Under the pieces are notes generated by a model, which saw only the letters and a program-made list of their open reading frames with translations, made no database searches and had not been told where the DNA came from. A program made the position numbers and the translations under genes. From positions 32,001 to 96,000 of IMG/VR virus record IMGVR_UViG_3300025120_014916: a DNA stretch of 64,000 nt, one strand, 5' to 3'. This DNA comes from a virus. Below, piece after piece: positions 24,352-33,700 of the stretch; positions within the stretch are counted from its first letter, which is position 1; every line of letters starts with the position of its first letter.

Positions 24352-26732
24352 TAAAAATCCTGTTTAAGTCTGATAATAAATTCATCTTCCTCAGTCTTTG
24401 GAATCGGTTGAGAAAAATTTGCCTTCATTATAATATTAAAGTTATCATCATGAATGTTAACTGCTGAAATGTAAACAGTTGTTAAATCTCTATCAGAAAC
24501 AGCATTTGTTGGGGGATTAGGTCTAAATGTTTTATTGCTCGAGCTATTTATCTGGCCTTTTTCACAAGGTACGTTTAATATCATTGTGTGAATGTTTTGA
24601 TCACCTTTAAACTTTATATCTGTCTTGTCTTTTCCAAAATAAGGCAGGTGAGGGGTTTTTAAAACAACCATACCTTCATGATAAAATATGTCACCAATAT
24701 TATTCCATCTTGCTTGTTTTGTTTTACAATCTGCCCTGTAAAGACTTCCAGCACCATTGTCTTTAATCTTTATTTTTATCTTGCCTTCTGATCCTGTCAA
24801 GTTTTCATCATATATTTCTAAAGTCTCTTCTGTTATTTTGTTACCATAATACAGATTAGATATGTCAAAAATAGTTGTTTCATTACTGGAAAGATCTCTT
24901 GTTCTTTGAGCTATTGTAAGAACGCTACCCGGAGCTGATCCGGGGTTTTCCGGGCTAGCTCCAACTATTTGATCAAAGATAGACCCAGCTTGGAAAACTA
25001 ATCCTGGGTACAAAGAAGACGCAGGAATCAAGTCATCTAAATTTATCCTGCCATAATCTACTACACTTCCATTGTTAACATAAGACAAGCTAGCACTTTG
25101 CGCAGATATCGAAAGCGGATAATAGTCAGGATAAAACAGACCATTATCACATGGCAGCAGTGAAAGATTTCTCTTTTTTAGTGAGCCGGTGTTATAGACA
25201 AAGTCATCAGCAGTTATGTTTAATACAGTTTCTGTCATAACAGAACCGGTTAGCGATTGCAATCTCGGGTATTCGCCTTTTATAAATTCTCTTACAAAAT
25301 TTTCTAAATTTATCATCTTGCCGCCTACTCCAAAAGAGTACGCAGTATTAATAGGATCGTCTGTCTTTGTCTTTATTGTCTGAAAAGGCGTGACAATAAC
25401 TTCTCTTGTTCTCGAGTCAGGATAAAAGAAGGGGGGCACATAAAATATAAGATCAGAATACAAACTATCATCTGACACATCACAGCCTTCTTTAGTTGTC
25501 TTGACTTGATTGACACCTTGAATCGCTAGATTGTTTATTTCATGCGGGTTTAAAGCGCGCTTGAATAGCTTAACATCATGTAATTCTGCATTTAGCGGAT
25601 GATTTAATAAACTTTCTTGATTTAAAGGCTCACTTGAAATAGAAGTCAATTGCGTTAAACCTTGAGCTACAGAAACTGTCGAGTTAAAAAATGTTTCGGC
25701 TACTGAAGGGCTACCATTGTAGTAATTACCAATGCATATTATTTTATTATTACTAGTTGTAATAGAACTAGAAGGGATATGAAAATCAGTGTAATTTTTG
25801 TCAATACCAATACTGCCTGATGCATTATTAAAATTTGGATCCCAGTACACAGTTACATGATGCCAATTATTCTTTCTTAAAGCAAAAGAGGAAGTAAATA
25901 TCAAATCACTTTGACCATTAATGTTATTTAAATTTATACTTGCAGGCGTAATGTCAGCACTATGACTAAGTTGTAATAATATTTTATAATCATCAACTAG
26001 ATTATACTCATCTCTCAAAGAGCCTGTAACTAAACTTACAGCAATTGACGATGACATGTGAAATATTGTTCCTGCTGAAAACTCAGCGCTGGGTGTTACA
26101 TTGTCATACCTGGGATTGATCCAGAAATCAAGTGTAAACCCAGCTGATGGGTTGTACACATCATTTTTGTTTGGGTAGATTAAACAACTATCGTCGGGAG
26201 TATTGTTTGTTGTATAAAAATTAAGACAGTTAAAGTTTGTATAGTGTATTCCAGAGTCTGGATATCTGTGTTTGTGATATGGGTATAATATGTTGTTTAA
26301 ATTTCGTTTAACAACATGGTTTAAATTAAACTTTAAAGGTGTGTCAAATCTAAAAATATCAAGAAGTTTGGAAAATCTAATGTTTTTCGGTGCTTTGTTT
26401 GATGCATCTAAATACTCAGACATGTGACTATGTATGTCAATACCCGGAGATGAGTATTTAGATGCAGATGTGATTGTTTTTACTTTTGCATCACTTAAAA
26501 CATTATCAATATTAAAATCTAACTCGTTAAACGCAATATTATCTTTTTTTAAATTGACCTCAGTGATATTATCACTAGCAATATTGCGAATACATTTTGA
26601 TCTTATAGGTGAAACATAAACACTACCAGTCGCAGGTATTTCTCCGATTGAAGAAGAAATGAAATGTACCTGTGGTCTGGTTTTGATAGTTGTTGTTTCA
26701 AACAATTCACGTGATAGTTTAATAAAGGACAT
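24351..26732 (-). CDS. Virion structural protein with LamG/concanavalin-like domain
   Basis: FTLDFWINP, WHHVTV and ELHDVKLF motifs; C-terminal module paralogous to 26734..27939. Confidence 0.75.
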   Translation of the reverse strand: MSFIKLSRELFETTTIKTRPQVHFISSSIGEIPATGSVYVSPIRSKCIRNIASDNITEVNLKKDNIAFNELDFNIDNVLSDAKVKTITSASKYSSPGIDIHSHMSEYLDASNKAPKNIRFSKLLDIFRFDTPLKFNLNHVVKRNLNNILYPYHKHRYPDSGIHYTNFNCLNFYTTNNTPDDSCLIYPNKNDVYNPSAGFTLDFWINPRYDNVTPSAEFSAGTIFHMSSSIAVSLVTGSLRDEYNLVDDYKILLQLSHSADITPASINLNNINGQSDLIFTSSFALRKNNWHHVTVYWDPNFNNASGSIGIDKNYTDFHIPSSSITTSNNKIICIGNYYNGSPSVAETFFNSTVSVAQGLTQLTSISSEPLNQESLLNHPLNAELHDVKLFKRALNPHEINNLAIQGVNQVKTTKEGCDVSDDSLYSDLIFYVPPFFYPDSRTREVIVTPFQTIKTKTDDPINTAYSFGVGGKMINLENFVREFIKGEYPRLQSLTGSVMTETVLNITADDFVYNTGSLKKRNLSLLPCDNGLFYPDYYPLSISAQSASLSYVNNGSVVDYGRINLDDLIPASSLYPGLVFQAGSIFDQIVGASPENPGSAPGSVLTIAQRTRDLSSNETTIFDISNLYYGNKITEETLEIYDENLTGSEGKIKIKIKDNGAGSLYRADCKTKQARWNNIGDIFYHEGMVVLKTPHLPYFGKDKTDIKFKGDQNIHTMILNVPCEKGQINSSSNKTFRPNPPTNAVSDRDLTTVYISAVNIHDDNFNIIMKANFSQPIPKTEEDEFIIRLKQDF

Positions 26733-26733
26733 A

Positions 26734-27939
26734 TTAAAAATCTAGTCTGACTCTCATAGTAAGGTCTTTTTCATCATTTTTCTCAACAGGCCTACTTAAT
26801 TTTGAAACTGCCAACAATTGCTCATTTGCATCATAAAGTCCTACTGTTGTTATAAAAGAAAAAGCTTTTTGGATTGATTGTTGCGATTCGTCAATTACTA
26901 CAATTCTACCTTCAGAATCTGTGTAAGTTGGATTTGAAGAGAAGTTAAATTCATCTGCTGTAGCTCTACAAAATATCAAGGTTGAATTGATTTGTGTATT
27001 GTTTTGAAAAGTTAAAAATGTTTGTGAACCGCTTCCAAATCTTGTGGTTGCAAAATGATCTATACAATCATCCATCGATGCTGACACGATAAAGTTTGGA
27101 ATTAGCTTATCTTCCATTACCACTTTGCCACTCGCAGCGCCCACAGCATTAATAGAACCGCTTATTAATTGAGAGCCTGAACAGATTTTTTCAATGTCAA
27201 GCACTACTATACCTTTTTGATAGAATATTAATCCTAATGTTTCTGATGTGTTTGAACTATTAACAATGTTGCCCACATCTCCACCAAAGCTTGATCTTTC
27301 AATACTGCTAGCAGCGCCTACGTCTGTTAGTATAATAGAACCGCTAATTGAAGAATTGAAGACGTTACTCTGGCCGCCTACAGGTAGTGCACCATCTTCA
27401 GCCTTCTCTGCTGCTGATGCGCTTCGATACATCCTCATTGCAAATGTTTCTCGCTTAATTCCATCACGGACAAATAATCTTTTAAAGTTAAGAAAAAGTG
27501 CTGTATCAATCTTATCAGCATCAGTTGCACTACCAAAAGGAGCTGTGAACTGTTGTGTATTATCTCCTAATAAATCCTGTGTAAACTGATTATAAACTGC
27601 AACTTTCTCTCTCATCATTAATGACTTACTAGGGAATAGAAGCTTGTCATTAATGTCAGTGCCTGTAGATGAATTAGTAACTATATCGGAAGTTTTAAAC
27701 ACACCCAATGTTATGTCAAACAACTCATTTGATGTTTGAAGTGTAAAGTCTTGATCGTAAACTGTCTGATAGATAGAGCTAGTGACGCCTGGATCTGCTG
27801 TTGTTCCCGTCACAAAAACTTTAAACTTTTTTCTAGTTAGTGATCCGGATATATCTTCTTCAACAAAATCTATTAACTGATTTAACGTTGATCTTGTGGT
27901 TTTAATATCAGCGCTTGATATTGTTTTAAAAGTTGCCAT
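26734..27939 (-). CDS. Virion structural protein (baseplate/tail)
   Basis: 401 aa; C-terminal ITTVGLYD...LLAVSKLSRPVEK...RLDF module; in a structural operon. Confidence 0.7.
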   Translation of the reverse strand: MATFKTISSADIKTTRSTLNQLIDFVEEDISGSLTRKKFKVFVTGTTADPGVTSSIYQTVYDQDFTLQTSNELFDITLGVFKTSDIVTNSSTGTDINDKLLFPSKSLMMREKVAVYNQFTQDLLGDNTQQFTAPFGSATDADKIDTALFLNFKRLFVRDGIKRETFAMRMYRSASAAEKAEDGALPVGGQSNVFNSSISGSIILTDVGAASSIERSSFGGDVGNIVNSSNTSETLGLIFYQKGIVVLDIEKICSGSQLISGSINAVGAASGKVVMEDKLIPNFIVSASMDDCIDHFATTRFGSGSQTFLTFQNNTQINSTLIFCRATADEFNFSSNPTYTDSEGRIVVIDESQQSIQKAFSFITTVGLYDANEQLLAVSKLSRPVEKNDEKDLTMRVRLDF

Positions 27940-27949
27940 TATTTTTTCC

Positions 27950-28636
27950 TTATGATATTCTGCATTCTATAGTTTTTGTCAAGCCAGAATTAATACCTAT
28001 AACTTTTATATAAGTTCTTATGTAAGATGAACCAGCTACGCTGTATGTATTGAACGTGCTTGTTGCAAAAGATTTAATTCTAAGCGGTATTTTTGCTGAA
28101 ATTGAATCACCTGTTGACGATTGACTAGTTGGCATTCTATACACTGCAATATTATCTGTGTATCTTACGTCTGGTGTTTCACCAACAATACCTAAAAACA
28201 AATGATTGATTTCAACCAAAACCTCAGGATCAAGTAAATCATATTCGATTGTTGTACCCGTCTGTGAAGCAATTTCAATATTCAATGAGAGTATTGAGAC
28301 GTTTGATTTTCTATCAAATGTAATTGGATTTGTTTTTGATGTCAAAGTCAAAGTTGGCATGTGAGTCAAAAACTCATTTGATATACTCACTAGCGGATAT
28401 TTCAACCCTAAGCTTCCAACTGTCATAGCTTCCATTACAGGCGTGTTTTTTTCTATTTTTTCTTTTCCCACTGTTCTACCGAATTGTTGAATAATGCCAT
28501 AGTCAATTTCATCATCAGCTAGCGCAAATTGATATATTGAAAAAGATCCATCATTTTTTGCTAGTGCTTGTCTTCCCAAATCTGTTAAAACAGCATCAAC
28601 AATAATGTTATTTGTTGAATGATCTAAAAATCCCAT
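27950..28636 (-). CDS. Virion structural protein, tail-collar-like N-terminus
   Basis: DAVLTDLGRQALAKNDGSF...FALADDEIDY; paralogous N-terminus in 38627..39685. Confidence 0.7.
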   Translation of the reverse strand: MGFLDHSTNNIIVDAVLTDLGRQALAKNDGSFSIYQFALADDEIDYGIIQQFGRTVGKEKIEKNTPVMEAMTVGSLGLKYPLVSISNEFLTHMPTLTLTSKTNPITFDRKSNVSILSLNIEIASQTGTTIEYDLLDPEVLVEINHLFLGIVGETPDVRYTDNIAVYRMPTSQSSTGDSISAKIPLRIKSFATSTFNTYSVAGSSYIRTYIKVIGINSGLTKTIECRIS

Positions 28637-28670
28637 TTCTTATATTCCTCTTTAATAATGTATTTATGCA

Positions 28671-28679
28671 TATAAATAT
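28671..28679 (-). promoter_or_regulatory. Putative late promoter ATATTTATA
   Basis: Perfect motif 35 nt upstream of ATG 28636. Confidence 0.55.
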
Positions 28680-28705
28680 AACTTAGCTAAAATTTTTAGT
28701 AAAAC

Positions 28706-30754
28706 TTATTCAACGCCATATTCAAAATTTATGTTACTCTTTGAAATATTTGCAACGCTTGTTAGTTTAGGTATGCCTGATTTGTCTGCTATTTTAATAT
28801 TAACTATCTGGTCTTTCTGATTATCAATATTTAAAATTTGAATTTTATAAGTTACCTTGTCAGGATTGACTATTAAAAAATTTTGATCTTTTTCAACATT
28901 TGGTCCGGTGTTTGCTGCTGCGTTTGTTCTTGTATTAGCTTTAACGCTCTTAACAACTCTATAATACTCCGGATCAAAGAAAACTGTCATTCTGTCGTAA
29001 CCTGATGTTTTCATAGCATCTGAAAATGCATCACTTTCTAAAAGCAGGTTTGGATAAGGTTTTGGGGCGCCTTCTCCACTTATTACTACTGTTTCTATCT
29101 TATTTTTAAAATTATTATATTTTACTTCAATTTGTGCGCTAAGACTAGAGGACATTCCGTGTGCGTCTACACACGAAACTGCATAAATTGCTTTTTCACC
29201 CTTCACATAGCTAGAATCTAAAAAATCTAACTTCGGTGATTTAATTCGATACAAAACTTTTTTACTGGCAATCTCGATCGGTTCAGTTCTTATCATCGAG
29301 TCGTCAAAATCATATTCACACACAAGTGTATATGCATCTAAAATCGATGGCCTTTTAAATATTTGAAATCTTTTAATATCCCGCTGTGTATTTAAAGGAA
29401 ACTGCCAAACTATTACTGGCTTTTTTAGTCTAGGCTCTAGTCTAGCTCTTACTCTTGTTGGAGGCGGTGGAGGAATATTTTCTGTACATGTTACTGATGT
29501 TGTTATTCCCTCTGATGCCAATAAAAACTCTGCTATGCTTAGCTGATCGTATGTTGGATCATTTTCATCTGTATCTCTTAGCAAAGTTTTTACTTTGGAT
29601 ACTGTTCTTATTTTATAAACATATGTTCCGCCATATCTTACGTTCTTGTCTATTGCATATAAACCTATAGGATTGTCGATAAATAGTGGTTCTAAATTTA
29701 CAGCAGATTCGTCAGGCATTATTTCAATTCTTTGAATAATATATCCAAGCTGTGTAACTTCGTGATTAGTAACAAGCATATCACTATCTTTAATTCTGTC
29801 TAGAGGTCGGACGTCAATTGCCTTCACAGAATTTTCAAATTCGGCATCACTTATTACAAACGGATCTATTTTTACTCCTGACTGTATTTCTTCACTTGCT
29901 TCTCGCAAGCTTTCAATTTCATCTTGAAAAACTTTATCAGGAATTCTAGAAGCTGCTTTTATAATATCACTAAAAAATAAATTATTAAACTTTAAAGAAA
30001 ACGTTTGCTTTGACAACGGATCGTCTGATGTTTGCGCAATTTCAGGTGGGACGTCAGATCTTGCAAAGCTCATTCCTTCGGGCTGCATATTTGTCATTGC
30101 TTCTAAAATAAGTTTTTTTGAATTACCTGAAAGACCACCCGATTCGCGAAGTTCTTTTTCTAGTTTTGAGGCTGCTGACGCTGGAGAATCTTTTCCTGTA
30201 ACTGTATCTATAAAAGTAAAAGAACCAGAAAGCATTCTATATATTGTTTTTTCTATATTTGTATCAAGTAATTCTACTCCCGTGTGGAACTTAGAAGAGC
30301 CGGCACCTTCTATTAATAGCTTATCTAGATTGTCTCTAATTATTGTGGCAGAATTTGTTGCCAAAGATTTTGCGTAAGGATCAAGGGCAGGCTGAAAAGA
30401 AAACTTAACATATCTGGGTAGTTTGTCATTTTTAACTTGATAAAATATATCGCTTGTATTGTCTGCATCTAAATTAACTAGCTGTTCATCAGGAGAGAGT
30501 AATTTTCTTACTCTTTCGTCTCTAGTAAAATAATTATATACAAATTCAGCCCGGAGCGATTTTACCTCTGGCACATCATAAGAGAAAACTGCTCTAGATA
30601 AAAAAGATCTGGCCGGGAGTGTCTCACCAAAAAAAGCTTTTTCGACATCACTGTTTATTGAACTTGACTCGATATCCCTAGAAGTTGATCTAACATCTGG
30701 CATCATTTCGCTTTTCATAGGTATTATTTGTAAATTTTTTTTATTATTTATCAT
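28706..30754 (-). CDS. Putative virion structural protein with FN3/Ig-like repeats
   Basis: 682 aa; IDKNVRYGGTYVYKI and PPPPTRVRA...WQFP FN3-like patterns. Start codon uncertain. Confidence 0.6.
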   Translation of the reverse strand: MINNKKNLQIIPMKSEMMPDVRSTSRDIESSSINSDVEKAFFGETLPARSFLSRAVFSYDVPEVKSLRAEFVYNYFTRDERVRKLLSPDEQLVNLDADNTSDIFYQVKNDKLPRYVKFSFQPALDPYAKSLATNSATIIRDNLDKLLIEGAGSSKFHTGVELLDTNIEKTIYRMLSGSFTFIDTVTGKDSPASAASKLEKELRESGGLSGNSKKLILEAMTNMQPEGMSFARSDVPPEIAQTSDDPLSKQTFSLKFNNLFFSDIIKAASRIPDKVFQDEIESLREASEEIQSGVKIDPFVISDAEFENSVKAIDVRPLDRIKDSDMLVTNHEVTQLGYIIQRIEIMPDESAVNLEPLFIDNPIGLYAIDKNVRYGGTYVYKIRTVSKVKTLLRDTDENDPTYDQLSIAEFLLASEGITTSVTCTENIPPPPPTRVRARLEPRLKKPVIVWQFPLNTQRDIKRFQIFKRPSILDAYTLVCEYDFDDSMIRTEPIEIASKKVLYRIKSPKLDFLDSSYVKGEKAIYAVSCVDAHGMSSSLSAQIEVKYNNFKNKIETVVISGEGAPKPYPNLLLESDAFSDAMKTSGYDRMTVFFDPEYYRVVKSVKANTRTNAAANTGPNVEKDQNFLIVNPDKVTYKIQILNIDNQKDQIVNIKIADKSGIPKLTSVANISKSNINFEYGVE

Positions 30755-30781
30755 TTTGCATCTCTTATAACCTTATTGATA

Positions 30782-33700
30782 CTAATCTATTTTAGACGAT
30801 TTTAAAATTGCAACTTCAATAACAAAAGAAGATACATCTGTCTTGTTACTGTCTAGACCTTTTTTAAATTCCAATATTTTCTTTGCAGGACTATAATTGA
30901 ACATTTCATTAAAAGATGATTTACGCTGTACCTCATCCATCCCTGTTACAGTACTGAGCTTATTAGCACTTATCATTTTTTTATTTGTTAGTGTGAGAAC
31001 GGGTATAGATTCAGGCTTGTATAGAACTGTTGTGTCCATATTATCTTCTGATGTTTTAAGTACAAAGTCTCTTTCTGAAACAGGAATACTGAATATTCTT
31101 TGAAAACATTGCGTTGCTAAACAGCTTTTAAGTCGCGATTCTGATGAAAAGTACAACGTATTCCTTATTGATTTAAAAACTCTATAAAATTTTTGTGCTT
31201 CTTCCGGAATTATGTTTGCTGCTGGGTATCTATTAATAACTTCTCTTGCCAATTCCTCGTAATTTAATTTGGCCGCATCATCAACTGTTCCTTCAAATAA
31301 TACATCTCTATCGATGGGAAATAAAGTTTCAGATATATCAATTCCTGTTGTTGAATGTGTATAAAGTTTTAAATAGTGATCATAAATAAGATTTTCGAGA
31401 ATTGATTCGTATACGTCTTCATCGTATTCTGACTCTTTTTTAGCTGCTGTACTAGCATTCTCAGGCAAATCTACATCTTCGATTATTGTGATTCCGTTTA
31501 AACCAATCCCGTATCCTGGCTTAATGCTACCTGCAGTTAATATTTCAATATTTTCTTTAATATTTTTAATTGACCAATTATCATCATACTTTTCTAGGTG
31601 GTTTCCAAGCGTAAATTTACCTGGCGCTGATACCGTCTTGTAACTTTCAGAAGTTTTAAAAGAAGCTACATGCTTTGCCATATTAAATACGTAAGTTCTA
31701 GATTGATATTTTATTTGTGGATCTAGATCATTCTTTTTTGTTATATGAATAGCTATGTTGTTACTATTATAATATTCTATCTCACCTGTCTTATTATACG
31801 CCTCGTTTTGAAGTGCCTTTAGCATGCCATGAGGAATACCAATATGGAAAATGCTTTTTCTGCCAAGTAAATCATCTGTATCAGAAGTTAAACCTCTACC
31901 TTTTTCAGAAAATAACTTTGCCATAATTTTTAATTCTCTTATGTCATAGCTCTCTAGCTTAAAGTAAGGATAAACTGATATGCCTTCTGGATTTGCTAGC
32001 TCATCTTCGTCTGATCTAAAGTCTAATAAATAATTTTTTTGATAATTTTTTAATAATACGCCTGCTGTACCACTATTTAAAAAAGCAAAACCTGTTTTAA
32101 CAAACCCAACCTTTCTTAAATATTCTAAAGCGATTATTTCACCAGGTGATATTTCAGAAGACGTTCCTGCCAGTACAGACTCTGCTCTTCGAATAGCCTC
32201 ACGTATTTCGACTGTATTTTGTTTAAGATACGCTAAATTTCTCAATATAGCACTGCGCCTATACATCATGGAATTTCTTACTTGTGAGATCATAGTAATA
32301 GCACTCGAATATGAGTGATCATACACGCTTTTAAGCTCTGAATATTTTCCATTTGTATCATAGTCACTATTTTTACTTTTTCTTTCTAATGCATCTGCCA
32401 TAGCAATCCAGCATGTCGGGTAATGCTTTATGATCATATGTTTACCTTTTCCACCGTATCTTACTACCAAGCTTTTGTACATAATTCTAGAAAAGAATAG
32501 CGAAAATAAAGCATATCGAGAGGCGGTGTTTGTTTTAAATATCCCACCATACTCTCCTGCTTTTTCATTCCAGTCAAATTGATATGGCTCATAATAGCTC
32601 TCATTTTCTCCTATGAGAGCATCACCTAGTTGATCATCATTGTCATCGCTAAACCAATTTGATGGGTTGAGCGCGCTTAAAAATTCAGCAAATTTATCAA
32701 TTAGATCAACAAGATGCCACGCTTTAAACGTACCATTTCCAGGTTTTGCCTTGATCATATAATTTTGTCCAGATTGGTTGCCAAAGCACAAAGACATGAT
32801 CTTTGACATAATTGATGGATCATTTAGCTCTGTTGATGTTTTCGGTTTAGCTGAGTCTGGTATTAGCGCAGCATTTGATAGTAGAATTGTTTCAAATGTT
32901 CCTGATTTTGAAAAACCTATGCCTGCCGGACGTCCTTCCGATGCAGGCATAGTACCCTGATTGGAAATTAAGACTGCAGTACCTGCTGCCGTTGCTGATA
33001 CAGCTAATACAGCTACCCCTAGTGAGCTAAATATTGCTGCGCTAGCTGCACCGATCAGTGTTGTCGTTAATAATGGACCGGTGACGACCACACCACTAGC
33101 TGTTGTTGTGGATACAATGCCCAGTGCGCCGGCACCTAAGAATGTTGAACCGTATGAAGCTGCTATCGCTACGCCGGCGATTGAGATTGCGCCAAGTCCT
33201 ACAATAGCTACTGCTGCTATAAGTAATACATCCCATGCCTCGAGACCCGAATCGATGTTTAACCTCTCGCCTAATTTGACGTCTGTGTCATTTTGGTGAA
33301 TTTTAGTATAGCTATAGTCGTCGTGTACGTTGTCTATTCTTCCTGCTCTGCCAAAGTCAATTCCGACAAACGTGTCATTGTCATCATCATCTTTTGAATC
33401 ATTAAACGATGCTGATCCGTTACCAAACCCGTTATAAATGATGCTTTTGTACTTTTTTGATTTGTCTGCTGGGTATTTTGCATCATCTTTTATTTTTACA
33501 GAATCGGAAGAACCATCCTTAAGAATACTTTTCATGTTGACTGTAAAGAGTTTGCACCATATTCTGTCTTCTGTATAATATGATCTTTCTGCTCCAAAAA
33601 TAACTGCTGCTTCTTCGGATGCCCACTTAGCGTTTTTAATGTTTGGATCTAGATCTGGATTAGCATTTACTAACATGTGTTGGTTTGTGGCGTTTGAGAC

